Shown in pieces: positions 49,949 through 61,581 of a stretch of DNA of 64,000 bases. Made by a program: the position numbers and the translations under genes. This DNA is from an uncultured Euryhalocaulis sp. (GTDB lineage: Bacteria; Pseudomonadota; Alphaproteobacteria; Caulobacterales; Maricaulaceae), in assembly GCA_913055605.1 (NCBI GenBank), contig CAJXKJ010000013.1, positions 816 through 64,815 of the forward strand. Reading direction: 5' to 3'. The number at the start of each line of letters is the position of its first letter. The first letter of the stretch is position 1. Below the pieces are notes generated by a model. It searched no databases and was not told the origin of the DNA. It saw only the letters and a list, made by a program, of their open reading frames with translations.

Positions 49949-50742
49949 CAGTCCGCGCCGGGCATGCAGAGCGACCGGCCGGCGTCCGCCCGGATGAAGG
50001 CGACCACCTCCTGAACCTCCGGCGTCTCGGCGAACAGCTCGGCGACGTCCGACAGGCGCTCCTGAAAGGTGCCCTCGGCGGCGAACAGCAGGCGGTACGC
50101 CGCGCGCAGATCGCGGATCGTGGTGCGCGGGAAGCCGCGCCGCTTCAGCCCGACCAGATTGAGGCCGGTCAGGTGCGCGTGATTGCCGTGCGCCATGCCG
50201 AACGGGATCACGTCCGTCACAACCGCGGCCAGTCCGCCGACGAATGCCTGGCGCCCGATCCGGCCGTGCTGGTGCACGGCCGACAGTCCGCCGAACATCA
50301 CATGGTCGCCGACGGTGACATAGCCGCCCAGCGTGGCGTTGTTCGCCATCACGACGCGATTGCCGACGACGCAGTCATGCGCGACGTGGGAGCCGACCAT
50401 GTAATAGCCGTCGTCGCCAATCGTGGTGACGCCGCGCCCGACGGCGGTGCCCGGGTGCATCGTCACCTGCTCGCGGATGACGTTGCGCTTGCCGATGACC
50501 AGGCGCGTATTCTCGCCCGAATATTTGAAATCCTGCGGCGGATGGCCCAGCGCGGCGAAGGGATAGACGACGCAGTCCTCGCCGATCTCGACATTGCCGT
50601 GGATGCTGACATGGGAGATCAGGCGCGTGCGCGCGCCCAGCTTCACGCCCGCGCCGACCGTGCAATAGGGTCCGATCTGGACGCCCTCGGCCAGCTCCGC
50701 GCCGTCATCGACGCGGGACAGCGGATCGATCGCCGCACTCAT
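49948..50742 (-). CDS. lpxA: Acyl-ACP--UDP-N-acetylglucosamine O-acyltransferase
   Basis: Hexapeptide repeats plus helical C-terminal domain. ATGA overlap with fabZ. Confidence 0.93.
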   Translation of the reverse strand: MSAAIDPLSRVDDGAELAEGVQIGPYCTVGAGVKLGARTRLISHVSIHGNVEIGEDCVVYPFAALGHPPQDFKYSGENTRLVIGKRNVIREQVTMHPGTAVGRGVTTIGDDGYYMVGSHVAHDCVVGNRVVMANNATLGGYVTVGDHVMFGGLSAVHQHGRIGRQAFVGGLAAVVTDVIPFGMAHGNHAHLTGLNLVGLKRRGFPRTTIRDLRAAYRLLFAAEGTFQERLSDVAELFAETPEVQEVVAFIRADAGRSLCMPGAD

Positions 50743-51185
50743 TCACTCGTCTCCACCAGCTTGGCCGCGAACACCGCCTCGCCCGCGCGGCGGCCGTCGA
50801 CGCGCGCCTCCCCCCGGTAGCGGTACAGGCCATGGCGCACCTCGGTCTGCTCCACATTCAGGCGCAGCGTGGCGCCCGGATAGACCGGCGCCCGGAATCG
50901 CGCCGATTCCACGATGGCGAGCATAAGGAGCGCGTTGGCCGGGTCCAGATTTTCCGATTTGGCGCTCAGCGCCGCGCCGGTCTGCGCCATCGCCTCGATC
51001 ATCAGCACGCCGGGCAGGACCGGGCGGCCGGGAAAGTGGCCGGCAAAATGCGGGGAGTCCTCGGTCAGCTCCATCACGCCGGTCAAAGAGCGGCGCGGAA
51101 CGAAATCCTCGGCATAGTCCAGCAGCAGGAACGGCGAACGGTGCGGCAGCCAGCGCTCCAGCTCCGCCCGGGACAGGGCGCTCAT
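50739..51185 (-). CDS. fabZ: 3-hydroxyacyl-ACP dehydratase FabZ
   Basis: [30 protein letters not shown]. Confidence 0.95.
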   Translation of the reverse strand: MSALSRAELERWLPHRSPFLLLDYAEDFVPRRSLTGVMELTEDSPHFAGHFPGRPVLPGVLMIEAMAQTGAALSAKSENLDPANALLMLAIVESARFRAPVYPGATLRLNVEQTEVRHGLYRYRGEARVDGRRAGEAVFAAKLVETSE

Positions 51186-52225
51186 GACTCCCCGGCGCCG
51201 TCCTTGGGGCGGCGATCCTTTGGCCGCCGGGTCGCCAGCCGCTTCAGCGCCGCGACCTCGCGGAAGAATTCCCGGTTCGGCTTGGCGGGCGAACCGACCC
51301 AGCGTTCACCGGCCGGCACGTCCCACATCACGCCGCTGAAGGCGCCCAGAATGGCGCCGTCGCCGATGGTGATGTGGTCGGCCACGCCGACCCGGCCGCC
51401 CAGCATGACGCCGGCGCCGATATTGGTGCTGCCCGAAATGCCGGCGAAGGCGGCCAGGACCGCGCCGCGGCCGATGCGGCAGTTGTGGGCGATGTGGCAA
51501 AGATTATCCATCTTCACCTGATCCTCGACGACCGTCTCCCAGAACATGCCGCGGTCGATGGCGCACATCGATCCCATGCGCACATCGTCCCCGATGCGCA
51601 CCGCGCCCAGATGTGGGATGGAGATCGGGCCCTCGGGGCTGGGCGCGACGCCGAACCCGGCGCCGCCGATCACGCAATTGGCGCCCAGCTGGGTGCGGTC
51701 GCCGATCGTTGCGAATTCGATATGGGATCCGCCGCCGATGCGGCAGTCGGCGCCGATCTGCACCGCCCGCCCGATCACCGCATTCGGCCCGATCACGGTG
51801 CGCGCGCCGATGCTGGCGCCCGGCCCCACCACCGCGCCCGGCGCCACGGTGGCGTCGGGATCGATGGTCGCGTCGGGGGCGACCAGATCGCCGCCATGAT
51901 CCAGTTCGATGGGCGCCCAGAGGCGCGAGGCGATGCGCGCCAGCGCCAGGCGCGGCCGCTCATTGACCAGCAGCGCCGAACAGGCGCCCTCGATCCGGTC
52001 GGCGAATTCGGCGGGAACGACGCAGACGCTGGGCTTGCGGTCGGCCACGACCTCCACCCGCTTGGCGTCGATCAGAAAGGTGACGTCGCCCGCGCCCGAA
52101 CTGTCGACGGGGGCGACGTCCCTGATCTCGCAGTCCGGATCGCCGCGCAGCCCGGACCCGGTCAGGTCCGCCAACTCCTGCGCGACGACCGGACCAAGCG
52201 GACGGTAGAAGCGCAGGTCTGCCAA
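51182..52225 (-). CDS. lpxD: UDP-3-O-acylglucosamine N-acyltransferase
   Basis: Long hexapeptide-repeat left-handed beta-helix. TTG start. ATGA overlap with fabZ. Confidence 0.92.
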   Translation of the reverse strand: MADLRFYRPLGPVVAQELADLTGSGLRGDPDCEIRDVAPVDSSGAGDVTFLIDAKRVEVVADRKPSVCVVPAEFADRIEGACSALLVNERPRLALARIASRLWAPIELDHGGDLVAPDATIDPDATVAPGAVVGPGASIGARTVIGPNAVIGRAVQIGADCRIGGGSHIEFATIGDRTQLGANCVIGGAGFGVAPSPEGPISIPHLGAVRIGDDVRMGSMCAIDRGMFWETVVEDQVKMDNLCHIAHNCRIGRGAVLAAFAGISGSTNIGAGVMLGGRVGVADHITIGDGAILGAFSGVMWDVPAGERWVGSPAKPNREFFREVAALKRLATRRPKDRRPKDGAGES

Positions 52226-52246
52226 CGGCCGGGTCCTAAAGCGGCG

Positions 52247-52840
52247 CTATTGCGCCGGCTGCTGCGGTTGCTGCTGCGCGGGAAGCGTGACGCGCGTGAC
52301 GGGCGTGGTCGTCATGCGGCCGTTCAGCTGCTCGATGGCCGCCGAGGTGATGTCGACGGACGGGCTGACCTGATAGGCCACGTTGTAGTCCAGCACGATC
52401 GCGGCGCTGCGCTCCTGCATGATCGCCTGCTCGATCTCCGCGACGGCGCGGGCGACCGGCTCCAGCGCCTGCTGGCGCGTGGCGTTCAGTTCGTTCACGC
52501 GCTGCTGCTGCAACTGATTGAACTCCTGGCCCTGGGTGTTCAGCGACTGGATACGCTGCATCAGGTCCGGGCGTTGCTGGATTGCCTCGGGGGTCAGGGC
52601 CTGGGCCTCGACGGACAGGCGCTGTTCCTCTTCCTGCAGAGGCTGGGCGCGGCCGGCCAGCTCGGTCTGCATCTGCTGGCTGATCTGCTCCAGCTGCTGG
52701 GCGATGTACGCGCCCACCTGCGACTCGGCCAGGACGCGCTCGCGATCGATGACGAGGACGTTCTGGGCCTGCGCCGCGGCTGCAAAGCCGCAGAAAGCCG
52801 CCGCGAGACAGGCGGTTTTGACAAGACGATGAAGACGCAT
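52247..52840 (-). CDS. OmpH/Skp family periplasmic chaperone
   Basis: Signal peptide, Gln/Glu-rich coiled-coil body. Located between bamA and lpxD. Confidence 0.85.
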   Translation of the reverse strand: MRLHRLVKTACLAAAFCGFAAAAQAQNVLVIDRERVLAESQVGAYIAQQLEQISQQMQTELAGRAQPLQEEEQRLSVEAQALTPEAIQQRPDLMQRIQSLNTQGQEFNQLQQQRVNELNATRQQALEPVARAVAEIEQAIMQERSAAIVLDYNVAYQVSPSVDITSAAIEQLNGRMTTTPVTRVTLPAQQQPQQPAQ

Positions 52841-52843
52841 TGG

Positions 52844-55270
52844 TTAGAACCTCGTGGATTGGCTGAACCGGAACGACTCGGTCCGGTCATATTCTTCCTT
52901 CTGGAGCACCTTGGAGAAGTCGAACCGGACCGGCCCGAACGGAGAGTCCCAGAAGACTGTGACACCCGCCGACGCCCGAAGCCCCAGATCCTCCCGAACC
53001 GCCAGCCCCGCCGCCTGGGCGATCGGGCTGAGCTGGGTTGCGCTGTCGTCCAGCACCCCGACGGTGCCGAACTCGGTGAACAGGCCGCCCCTTATGCCAT
53101 ATTGCTCGGGCAGCCCCAGAGGAAAGGTCAGTTCGACCGCGCCGATGGCGTAGAACTGGCCGCCCAGCGAATCCAGGCTGGTCACGTCCACGCTGCCGTC
53201 CGGCAGGACCGTTTCGCGCACCACGCGCGGGCCGAGACCCGCGGTGTCGAAACCGCGGAAGGAGTAGCCGCCCTTGAAGTAGCGGTCCTGCAGGCGGACA
53301 TCGTCGCCGCCCCAGCCGAAGATATAGCCGCTGTCCAGCGTCACGCTCGCGACCACGTCGTCGATGATGCCCTTATAGGCGGCGCCGGTCAGCTCGGTCT
53401 TGATGTACTGCACGTCCCCGCCGACCCCGGCGAAGTTCTGCAGGAAGGACATCTCGAAACCGCCGGTCGGCGCGATCGGGTCGTTCCGGCGGTCCCAGTT
53501 GAACGTGTAGCCGACCAGCGAGGTCAGGAAGCCGCCGGCCGACGCCAGAACCTGCGGCGAGGCGCCGACAAAGGCGTTCACGTCGTCCTGACGGACCGTG
53601 TAGCGCAGACCCAGCGAGGTGGAGTCGGAAATCGGGAAGGCGGCGGTCAGGCCGGCGCCGGTGGAGATCGTCTCGAAACCCGCTTCCTGAACGAAGTCGG
53701 TCTCGACGCGGAACAGGTCGAACCCCGCCGACAGATTGCGGTCCAGGAAGCGCGGCTCGCGGAAGCGGATGTCGATCGTGTCGCGGCGCGAGCTGGTGGA
53801 GACGCTGGCGCGCAGATACTGGCCGCGCCCGCGCAAATTCCGCTGGGTGACCGACAGGTCGATCAGGAAGGCGTCGACGGACGAATAGCCCGCGCCGAAG
53901 GACAGCTCGCCGGTCGACTGCTCGGTGACGGAGACCTGGACCAGCGCGGTGTCCGGCCGCGTGCCCTCGACCTCCTCGATCGTAACGTCCTCGAAGAAGC
54001 CCAGCGCCCGGATACGGTTGCGCGACCGGTCCAGCAGCACGCGGTTGAAGGCGTCGCCCTCAACCACCTGCATCTCGCGCCGGATCACCCGATCCAGGGT
54101 CTGCGTGTTGCCCAGGATGTCGATCCGCTCGACATAGACGCGCGGGCCTTCGGACAGACGGAAAGTGATGTCCACCGTCGTGTCTTCGGAATTGGTGTCC
54201 AGGCTCGGCGCGACGTCCACGAAGGCGTAGCCCGCGGTGCCCGCCGCGAAGGTCAGCAGGTCGACCGTGTCGTTCACCTGGCTGCCGACGAAATCGTCGC
54301 CAGTGCGCAGCGGGATGATCGCTTCCAGGAAGTCGGGGTCCAGCGCGTCGAACTCGGTCTCGACGCTGATGTCGCCATAGGTGAAGCGCTCGCCCTCCTC
54401 CACCGTGAAGGTGACGTAGAAGCCGCGCTGGTCGGGCGTCAGCTCCGCGACGGCGGAGGTGACGCTGAACTCCGCATAGCCATGGTCCTGATAGAACTCG
54501 CGCAGAAGCTCGCGGTCATAGTCCAGGCGGTCGGGGTCGTAATTCGTGTTGTTGCTGAAGAAGCGCCAGAAGCGGGATTCCTCGGTCGCGATCTCCCGGC
54601 GCAGGCGGCCGTCCGAATAGGCCTCGTTGCCGATGAAGTTCACGCGGCGCACGCCGGTCACCTGGCCTTCGGAAATCTCGAAAATCAGGTCGACGCGGTT
54701 CTGCTCCAGTTCCACGATCTTGGGCGTCACCGTCGCGGCGAAGCGGCCCGAGCGGCGGTACAGCTCTAGAATACGCTGGGCGTCGGCCTGGACCCGGCCT
54801 TCGGAGAACACGGTCCGCGGCGCCACCTCGATCTCGTCCTGGAGATCGTCGGTGTCCATCGCGTTGTTACCCTCGAAGATCACCCGGTTGATGATCGGGC
54901 TCTCCACGACCGTGACGACCAGCACATTGCTGTCGTCCAGCTGGATATCGACGAAGGAAAACAGGCCGGTCGCGAACAGGGTCTGCAGCGACATGTTGAC
55001 GGCGGCGGGGTCGTAAACGTCGCCCGGCCGCACCGACAGATAGGACAGCACCGTGCCCGGCTCGACCCGCAGCGTGCCGTCGACGCGGATCTGGTTGATG
55101 ACGCGGCCCTGCGGCGCGAGGCCAAGATCGACCGCGGCGGCCGACGGGGCGCCCGGCTGGGCCGGCGGGCCGGCGTCCACGCCTCCGTCGTCCTGCGCCG
55201 CCGCGGCGCCGGCGGCGGTGGTGACCGCCAGGGCAGCGCACAGGGCTTTAACGGAGACGGAAGAGCGCAT
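52844..55270 (-). CDS. bamA: Outer membrane protein assembly factor BamA
   Basis: Signal peptide, five POTRA-like repeats, C-terminal beta-barrel ending ..FRFSQSTRF. Confidence 0.95.
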   Translation of the reverse strand: MRSSVSVKALCAALAVTTAAGAAAAQDDGGVDAGPPAQPGAPSAAAVDLGLAPQGRVINQIRVDGTLRVEPGTVLSYLSVRPGDVYDPAAVNMSLQTLFATGLFSFVDIQLDDSNVLVVTVVESPIINRVIFEGNNAMDTDDLQDEIEVAPRTVFSEGRVQADAQRILELYRRSGRFAATVTPKIVELEQNRVDLIFEISEGQVTGVRRVNFIGNEAYSDGRLRREIATEESRFWRFFSNNTNYDPDRLDYDRELLREFYQDHGYAEFSVTSAVAELTPDQRGFYVTFTVEEGERFTYGDISVETEFDALDPDFLEAIIPLRTGDDFVGSQVNDTVDLLTFAAGTAGYAFVDVAPSLDTNSEDTTVDITFRLSEGPRVYVERIDILGNTQTLDRVIRREMQVVEGDAFNRVLLDRSRNRIRALGFFEDVTIEEVEGTRPDTALVQVSVTEQSTGELSFGAGYSSVDAFLIDLSVTQRNLRGRGQYLRASVSTSSRRDTIDIRFREPRFLDRNLSAGFDLFRVETDFVQEAGFETISTGAGLTAAFPISDSTSLGLRYTVRQDDVNAFVGASPQVLASAGGFLTSLVGYTFNWDRRNDPIAPTGGFEMSFLQNFAGVGGDVQYIKTELTGAAYKGIIDDVVASVTLDSGYIFGWGGDDVRLQDRYFKGGYSFRGFDTAGLGPRVVRETVLPDGSVDVTSLDSLGGQFYAIGAVELTFPLGLPEQYGIRGGLFTEFGTVGVLDDSATQLSPIAQAAGLAVREDLGLRASAGVTVFWDSPFGPVRFDFSKVLQKEEYDRTESFRFSQSTRF

Positions 55271-55293
55271 GATGGGAAATCCGGTGGAGCGGT

Positions 55294-56484
55294 TCAGGAG
55301 AAAAGGCCGCGGAGGTAGTTCAGGTCGTTCCAGGTCGCAAAGAGCATCAATCCGGCCACGAGCGCCAGACCGGCCTTGAAGCCAAACGCCTGGGCGCGCT
55401 CGCTAAGCGGGCGCCCCGACGCGGCCTCGAAGCCGTAATACAGAAGATGTCCGCCGTCGAGTACCGGAATGGGAGCCAGATTGATGAGGCCGAGCCCCAC
55501 GGACAGCACGCCGGCCAGGCTGATCAGGCGCACCAGCGCGGCGCGCAGCTTTTCGCCGAACGAGGCCTCGCCCTCGAACGAATCGATGGCCAGCCGCCCG
55601 GAATAGGTCGCGATGCGCACCGGGCCGCCCAGCATCTCCGCCGATTCCTTGCCGGCGATCACGCGGCCCAGATAGCGGCCGGTGCTGGCCACCACGCCCC
55701 AGGTCTGGTTGGCGCCCATGACCACCGCCTCGGCGGGGTTATAGCGCTGGGTCTGCGTCTCGCCGTTGGAGCGGACGCCCAGGAAGCCGACATCCATGTC
55801 GCCGCCGATCGGGTCTTCCCGAGTCATCCGCGCCGGCGTGGCGGTCAGGGTCACCGTGTCGCCGCCGCGTTCGACGACGACGGGCATCGTCTCCCCGGCG
55901 CTCAGCATCACGATATTGGACAGGTCGCCGAACGAGGCCACGCGGCGCCCGCCGATGGACACGATGCGGTCGCCTTCCATCAGCCCCGCGGCCTCCGCCG
56001 GGCTGTCCGCCTCCACCCCGCCGATCACCGGCGGCTGGGTCTGCGCGCCGAAGATGGAGAACAGCAGCGTGAAGATGATGATGGCGAGGATGAAATTGGC
56101 CACCGGTCCGGCCGCGACGATCAGCGCGCGCCGCCACACCGGCAGGAAGTGGAACACCCCGCGCGTGGCGTCCGGCCCGCGCTCGGCGACCAGCTTTCGG
56201 CGCAGCGCCTCCAGCTCCTGCGGGTCCGGCGCGCTGGAGGCGTCGGCGTCGCCGACGAAGCGCACATAGCCGCCCACCGGGAAGGCCGCGATCTGCCATT
56301 CGGTGCCGTGGCGGTCGGTCCAGCCGGCCAGGCGCGGGCCGAAGCCCAGCGAAAACGCCTCCGCCTTCGCGCCGCACCAGCGCCCGACCCAGTAGTGGCC
56401 GAGCTCGTGAAACACCACGACGATGGAGATCACGAACACGAATGCCGCCAGGAAGACCGGCGCGGAAAGTATGGCGTCCAGCAT
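55294..56484 (-). CDS. rseP: RIP zinc metalloprotease RseP
   Basis: HELGHY HExxH, PDZ region, LNLAPIPVLDGG. Confidence 0.94.
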   Translation of the reverse strand: MLDAILSAPVFLAAFVFVISIVVVFHELGHYWVGRWCGAKAEAFSLGFGPRLAGWTDRHGTEWQIAAFPVGGYVRFVGDADASSAPDPQELEALRRKLVAERGPDATRGVFHFLPVWRRALIVAAGPVANFILAIIIFTLLFSIFGAQTQPPVIGGVEADSPAEAAGLMEGDRIVSIGGRRVASFGDLSNIVMLSAGETMPVVVERGGDTVTLTATPARMTREDPIGGDMDVGFLGVRSNGETQTQRYNPAEAVVMGANQTWGVVASTGRYLGRVIAGKESAEMLGGPVRIATYSGRLAIDSFEGEASFGEKLRAALVRLISLAGVLSVGLGLINLAPIPVLDGGHLLYYGFEAASGRPLSERAQAFGFKAGLALVAGLMLFATWNDLNYLRGLFS

Positions 56485-56492
56485 TTCGTTCC

Positions 56493-57671
56493 CTACCCCG
56501 CGGTCAGCGCGTGCGCCCGGGACCGCGCCCTCTGGTCGGTCTCCAGCGCGGCGCCCACGGCCTCCGGCGCCCGGGCGAAATCCGGGTCTCCGGCGAGCGC
56601 GGACAGCACCTGCTCCACGATGCGCGCAATATCGAGAAAGCCGATTCTGCGGTCAAGGAACGCCTCCACCGCGATCTCATTGGCGGCGTTGAGGATTGCG
56701 GGCGCGCGCCCCCCCGCCGCCAGGGCCTCGCGGGCCAGCCGCAGGGCCGGAAACCGGATCTCGTCCGGCGCCTCGAAGTCCAGCCGGCCGATGGCGGCCA
56801 GGTCCAGCATCGGGGAGGCCCCTGCGATCCGCTCCGGCCAGGCCAGCGACGCGGCGATCGGCGCGCGCATGTCCGGCGCGCCCATATAGGCCAGCACCGC
56901 GCCGTCATCGTATTCGATCAGGCCGTGCACGATGGATTGCGGGTGGATCAGAACGCCCAGGCGCCCCTCGCCCGGGTCGAACAGCATGTCCGCCTCGATC
57001 AGCTCCAGCCCCTTGTTCATCAGCGTGGCGGAATCGATCGTGATCTTCGCGCCCATGTCCCAGACCGGATGGCGCAGCGCGTCCTCGGGGCGGGCATTGG
57101 CCAGCTGCTCCGCCGTCCATTCCCGGAACGGCCCGCCGGAGGCGGTCAGCACGATGCGCTGCAGCCCCGCGCCCACGGGCCGGCCGTTCAGCAGCTGGAA
57201 GATCGCGTTGTGTTCGGAATCGACGGGGATCACCTCCCCGCCCGAGGCCACGGCCGCGCGCTGCAGCAGGCGGCCGGCGCAGATGATCGCCTCCTTGTTG
57301 GCGATGGCCAGGCGCGCCCCGCGCAGGGCCGCCTCCATCGCCGGCTCCATCCCCGCCGCGCCGACAATGGCGGCCAGCACGATGTCGGACGGCCGGGCGG
57401 CGGTCTCGGTCGCCGCGCGCGGGCCGCAGGCGATCTCGATCCCCGTTCCGGCCAGCCGTTCGCGCAGCGCGGCCTCGCCCGCCGGGTCGCCCAGCGCCAC
57501 GAAATCCGGGCGGAAGCGCAGCGCCTGTTCGGCCAGCAATTCGGCATTCCGGCCGGCGCTCAGCGCGGAGACCCGGAACCGTCCCGGTCCGCTGCGCGCC
57601 ACCACGTCCAGCGCGCTGACGCCGATCGATCCGGTCGATCCCAGGATGGTCAGGCTCTGCATCGCGCTCAT
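56493..57671 (-). CDS. dxr: 1-deoxy-D-xylulose 5-phosphate reductoisomerase
   Basis: ILGSTGSIG NADPH motif, PVDSEHNAIFQ. Confidence 0.96.
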   Translation of the reverse strand: MSAMQSLTILGSTGSIGVSALDVVARSGPGRFRVSALSAGRNAELLAEQALRFRPDFVALGDPAGEAALRERLAGTGIEIACGPRAATETAARPSDIVLAAIVGAAGMEPAMEAALRGARLAIANKEAIICAGRLLQRAAVASGGEVIPVDSEHNAIFQLLNGRPVGAGLQRIVLTASGGPFREWTAEQLANARPEDALRHPVWDMGAKITIDSATLMNKGLELIEADMLFDPGEGRLGVLIHPQSIVHGLIEYDDGAVLAYMGAPDMRAPIAASLAWPERIAGASPMLDLAAIGRLDFEAPDEIRFPALRLAREALAAGGRAPAILNAANEIAVEAFLDRRIGFLDIARIVEQVLSALAGDPDFARAPEAVGAALETDQRARSRAHALTAG

Positions 57672-58510
57672 CCGCCGAAAAATCCCGCACGGGCCGCCGG
57701 GATAAAGGACACCAGCGCGGCGAACATCAGCACCGCGCCCATCAACGCGTCCACCCTGTCCAGCACCCCGCCATGGCCGGGAATGATCGATCCGGCGTCC
57801 TTCACCCCGAAATGCCGCTTCAGGACGGATTCGAACAGGTCGCCCCCCATCGCGGACAAAGAGACCAGCAGGCCGGCCGCCGCGCCAAAGACCGGCGTTC
57901 CGCCGACCACGGCGAACCCGGCCGCCCCCGCCACGGCGCCGACCGCCACCCCGGCGATCAGGCCGGTCCAGGTCTTGTTCGGGCTGACGCGCGGGGCGAG
58001 CTTCGGCCCGCCCAGCCAGGCGCCGGAAATATAGGCGCCGATATCGGCCGCCCAGACCATGGCGAACAGGACGAACAGCGCCGCCACGCCGCGCTCCGGC
58101 GCCTCGCGCAGCCAGATCAGCGCCAGGAACGGCAGGCCGATATAGAGCGCGCCGAACGCCGCCCGCCAGATCTTGCCGCGCCGCGCCCGCTCAATTCCGC
58201 CGGCGACGGCGCCGGCCACGAGCACCGCCAGCGCGAAGCCGAATTGGCCACCGGCGCCCAGAAGAATAGCCACGGCGACGAACACCGCCTGCGCGACCCA
58301 GACCCATCGCGGCGCCTCGCGGTCCGACATATGGGTCCATTCGAAGCACATCAGGCTGGTGGCGACCGCCACGACCAGGCCGAACGCAATCCCGCCGAGC
58401 CAGGCGGAGGCGAGCGCCACCGGCGCCAGCACCAGCGCCGACCACAGGCGGATGGCGAATGCGGGATCGCCGCGCCGTCGGGGCGGCGGGGCTTCGGCCT
58501 CAAGCGGCAT
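57668..58510 (-). CDS. cdsA: Phosphatidate cytidylyltransferase
   Basis: [27 protein letters not shown] signature. ATG 58510 overlaps the uppS end by 11 nt. Confidence 0.9.
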   Translation of the reverse strand: MPLEAEAPPPRRRGDPAFAIRLWSALVLAPVALASAWLGGIAFGLVVAVATSLMCFEWTHMSDREAPRWVWVAQAVFVAVAILLGAGGQFGFALAVLVAGAVAGGIERARRGKIWRAAFGALYIGLPFLALIWLREAPERGVAALFVLFAMVWAADIGAYISGAWLGGPKLAPRVSPNKTWTGLIAGVAVGAVAGAAGFAVVGGTPVFGAAAGLLVSLSAMGGDLFESVLKRHFGVKDAGSIIPGHGGVLDRVDALMGAVLMFAALVSFIPAARAGFFGG

Positions 58511-59240
58511 CGGATCGGGACACGCCTCCGAACCTGCGCTCCCGGCCGCGATAGGTCTCGATCGCCTGGCGCAGATGCTCCTCGCCGAAATCCGGCCACA
58601 GCACGTCGAGGAAGACCAGCTCCGCATAGGCCAGCTGCCACAGCAGGAAATTGCTGATGCGCATCTCCCCGCTGGTGCGGATCAGCAGGTCCGGCTCCGG
58701 CAGGCCGTCGGTGTCCAGACGCGCGGCGAACGCCGCCTCGTCGACCGTTTCGGGATCCAGCTTGCCGTCGGCCGCATCGCGCGCCAGGGCGGCGGCGGCG
58801 CGGACGATCTCGTCCCGCCCGCCATAATTGAAGGCGATGTTCAGACCATAGGCGCCGTTCTCTGCTGTGCGGGCCTCGACGTCCTCGATGATCTTCACTA
58901 TGTCCGCCGGCAGGCCCTCGCGCGATCCCAGGATGCGGATGCGCACGCCCTCGGCGGCCAGTTTTTCCAGATCGGCGGCCACATAGCGGCGCAACAGGCC
59001 GAACAGGGCGCTGACCTCTCCCGCAGGGCGCTTCCAGTTCTCGGTCGAGAACCCGAAAACGGTGAGATTGCGGATGCCGAGATCGCGCGCGGACTGCACC
59101 GTGCGGCGGATCGCCTCCACGCCCTGCCGATGGCCTTCGGCGCGGGGAACCCCGCGCAGCGCCGCCCAGCGCCCGTTGCCGTCCATGATGATGGCGACGT
59201 GGGCCGGAACCTGGCGCGGATGGGAAGGCGCGTCGGACAT
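58500..59240 (-). CDS. uppS: Undecaprenyl diphosphate synthase
   Basis: [28 protein letters not shown]. Confidence 0.96.
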   Translation of the reverse strand: MSDAPSHPRQVPAHVAIIMDGNGRWAALRGVPRAEGHRQGVEAIRRTVQSARDLGIRNLTVFGFSTENWKRPAGEVSALFGLLRRYVAADLEKLAAEGVRIRILGSREGLPADIVKIIEDVEARTAENGAYGLNIAFNYGGRDEIVRAAAALARDAADGKLDPETVDEAAFAARLDTDGLPEPDLLIRTSGEMRISNFLLWQLAYAELVFLDVLWPDFGEEHLRQAIETYRGRERRFGGVSRSDAA

Positions 59241-59800
59241 CAGACCTGCATGATTTCTTCCTGCTTGGTCTTCAGCGCCGCGTCGATCGCCTCGATCGTG
59301 GAGTCGGTCATCGACTGGACTTCCTCGGAGTACAGGCTGTGATCGTCCTCGGAAATCTCGCCGGCCTTTTCCAGGCGCTTCAGCGTCTCCATCCCGTCGC
59401 GGCGCACATTGCGCACCGCCACGCGGGCCTGTTCGGCATAGGTGCCGGCGACCTTCACCAGGTCGCGGCGGCGCTCCTCGTTCAACGCCGGGATCGGGAT
59501 GCGCACGGTCTGCCCGTCCACCACCGGATTCACGCCCAGATTGGAGTTGCGGATGGCGCGTTCGACCGCGCCAACCATGGACTTGTCCCAGACCTGCACC
59601 GACAGCATGCGCGGCTCCGGCACATTGATCGTGCCGACCTGGTTCAGCGGCGTCTGCTGGCCATAGGCCTCCACCGTCACCGGCTCCAGCAGGCCGGCGT
59701 GCGCGCGGCCGGTGCGCAGGCCGCCGAACTCCGCCTTCAGCGAAGCCAGCGCGCCGTCCATCCGGCGGCTCAGATCATCGGGATCGAAATCGTCAGCCAA
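59240..59800 (-). CDS. frr: Ribosome recycling factor
   Basis: [23 protein letters not shown] start fits the E. coli Frr N-terminal length. 8-nt overlap with pyrH. Confidence 0.94.
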   Translation of the reverse strand: MADDFDPDDLSRRMDGALASLKAEFGGLRTGRAHAGLLEPVTVEAYGQQTPLNQVGTINVPEPRMLSVQVWDKSMVGAVERAIRNSNLGVNPVVDGQTVRIPIPALNEERRRDLVKVAGTYAEQARVAVRNVRRDGMETLKRLEKAGEISEDDHSLYSEEVQSMTDSTIEAIDAALKTKQEEIMQV

Positions 59801-60578
59801 GCGGCCCTCCGGTTTCTGGCGGGCGGCCCACGACCGTGCGCACGCCGCCGCCCTGCAGCACCTCGCCCAGCCGGCCGCGCTCGCGGATATTGAACACCAC
59901 GATCGGAATGTCGTTTTCGCGCATCAGGCTGACCGCGGAAGCGTCCATGACGCGCAGATCGCGCGCCAACACGTCCATATAGCCCAGCGTGTCATAGCGC
60001 GTGGCGGTCGGGTCCTTGCGCGGGTCGGCATTATAGACGCCGTCCACCCCGGTGCCCTTGAACAGCGCATCGCAGCCCATTTCCGCCGCGCGCAGGGCGG
60101 CGGCGGTGTCGGTCGTGAAGAACGGGTTGCCGGTGCCGCCGGCGAAGATCACCACCCGGCCCTTTTCCATGTGCCGGATCGCCCGGCGGCGGATATAGGG
60201 CTCGCAGATCGTCTGCATCGGAATGGCGCTCAGCACCCGGGTCTCGAAGCCCTGACGCTCCAGCGCGTTCTGCATGGCCAGCGCGTTCATCACGGTGGCC
60301 AGCATGCCCATATAGTCGGCGGAGGCCCGCTCCATCCCGCGCGCCGCGCCGGACAGGCCGCGGAAGATGTTCCCGCCACCGATCACCAGGCAGATTTCGA
60401 CCCCCTGGCGCACCGCCTCGCCGACCTCCGCCGCGACGCGGTCGGCGGTCTCCAGGTCGATGCCATAGGCGCCGTCGCCCATCAGGGCTTCGCCGGAGAT
60501 TTTCAGGAGGACCCGCCGATACGGGAACGCCGCCCCCGGCTCGGGGGCGGCTTCTTCCGGAATCGCGGGATCGCTCAT
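59793..60578 (-). CDS. pyrH: UMP kinase
   Basis: [37 protein letters not shown]. Confidence 0.95.
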   Translation of the reverse strand: MSDPAIPEEAAPEPGAAFPYRRVLLKISGEALMGDGAYGIDLETADRVAAEVGEAVRQGVEICLVIGGGNIFRGLSGAARGMERASADYMGMLATVMNALAMQNALERQGFETRVLSAIPMQTICEPYIRRRAIRHMEKGRVVIFAGGTGNPFFTTDTAAALRAAEMGCDALFKGTGVDGVYNADPRKDPTATRYDTLGYMDVLARDLRVMDASAVSLMRENDIPIVVFNIRERGRLGEVLQGGGVRTVVGRPPETGGPLG

Positions 60579-60612
60579 GGCGCGGGACTTTAGACCGATT
60601 GAACCGGTCCGT

Positions 60613-61539
60613 CTAAGCCGCGCCCTGGCCCGCCATGGAGGCGACTTCGGCGGCGAAATCGTCCTGCTTTTTCTCGACGCCTTCGCCCAGAACCAGACGG
60701 ACAAAGCCGGTCACTTTCGCCTTGCCGCCAGAGGCGTCCTTGACGAAGTCCTCGACCGATTTGTCCGGGTCCATGACGAAGGCCTGCTTCAGCAGCACGC
60801 TTTCTTCATAGAATTTGCGGATCCGGCCTTCGACCATCTTCTCGATGATGTTGTCCGGCTTGCCAGAGGCGCGCGCCTGTTCGGCGAACACGGCGCGCTC
60901 CTTGTCCACCACCACGGGGTCCAGCGAGTCGACGTCCAGGGACAGCGGCGCCGCGGCGGCGACATGCATCGCCACCTTGCGGCCGGCCTCGGTCAGCGCG
61001 GCGGCGTCGCCCTCGCCTTCCACGGCCACCAGAACGCCGATCTTGCCCAGATTGTCGGCCACCGCATTGTGGACATAGCCGGCCACAACGCCCGAGGAGA
61101 CCTGCAGGCGCGCCATGCGGCGCAGGGTCATGTTCTCCCCGATCTTGGCGATCAGGTTGGTCAGGCGCTCGTCCACCGACTCGCCCGAGGCCAGCTTCGT
61201 GGCGGCAAGCTCCTCCGCCGAACCGGCGGAAAGGCCGGCGGCGGCGATGTCGCGCACCGCGTCCTGGAACACCTCGTTCCGGGATACGAAGTCGGTTTCG
61301 GCGTTCACCTCGACCGCCGCGGCCGTCTTGCCGTCGTCGGAGAAGGCCAGGCCGATCAGGCCTTCCGCGGCGGCGCGGTCGGCCTTCTTGGCGGCCTTGG
61401 ACAGGCCCTTCTTGCGCAGCCAGTCGGACGCGGCCTCTTTGTCGCCACCGGTCTCCTGCAGCGCTTTCTTGCAGTCCATCATGCCCGCGCCCGTGGATTC
61501 GCGCAGAGCCTTGACGTCGGCGGCCGTGACCTCAGCCAT
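60613..61539 (-). CDS. tsf: Translation elongation factor Ts
   Basis: [22 protein letters not shown] 61539 with [15 protein letters not shown]. Confidence 0.96.
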   Translation of the reverse strand: MAEVTAADVKALRESTGAGMMDCKKALQETGGDKEAASDWLRKKGLSKAAKKADRAAAEGLIGLAFSDDGKTAAAVEVNAETDFVSRNEVFQDAVRDIAAAGLSAGSAEELAATKLASGESVDERLTNLIAKIGENMTLRRMARLQVSSGVVAGYVHNAVADNLGKIGVLVAVEGEGDAAALTEAGRKVAMHVAAAAPLSLDVDSLDPVVVDKERAVFAEQARASGKPDNIIEKMVEGRIRKFYEESVLLKQAFVMDPDKSVEDFVKDASGGKAKVTGFVRLVLGEGVEKKQDDFAAEVASMAGQGAA

Positions 61540-61581
61540 CTTCCTTCTCCTCAAACAGTGTTACGCGCGGCGTGTCGCCGC

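Noticed and set aside
51374-54769. 1131-aa ORF on the plus strand spanning lpxD, skp and bamA in antisense
   Set aside because: Its codon boundaries coincide with those of all three minus-strand genes (offsets from 51182, 52247 and 52844 are multiples of 3). Antisense stops therefore require the sense codons TTA/CTA/TCA, which are nearly absent at this GC3. The translation is Arg/Gly/Asp/His/Gln-rich low complexity with no motifs. The sense genes have unambiguous motifs.
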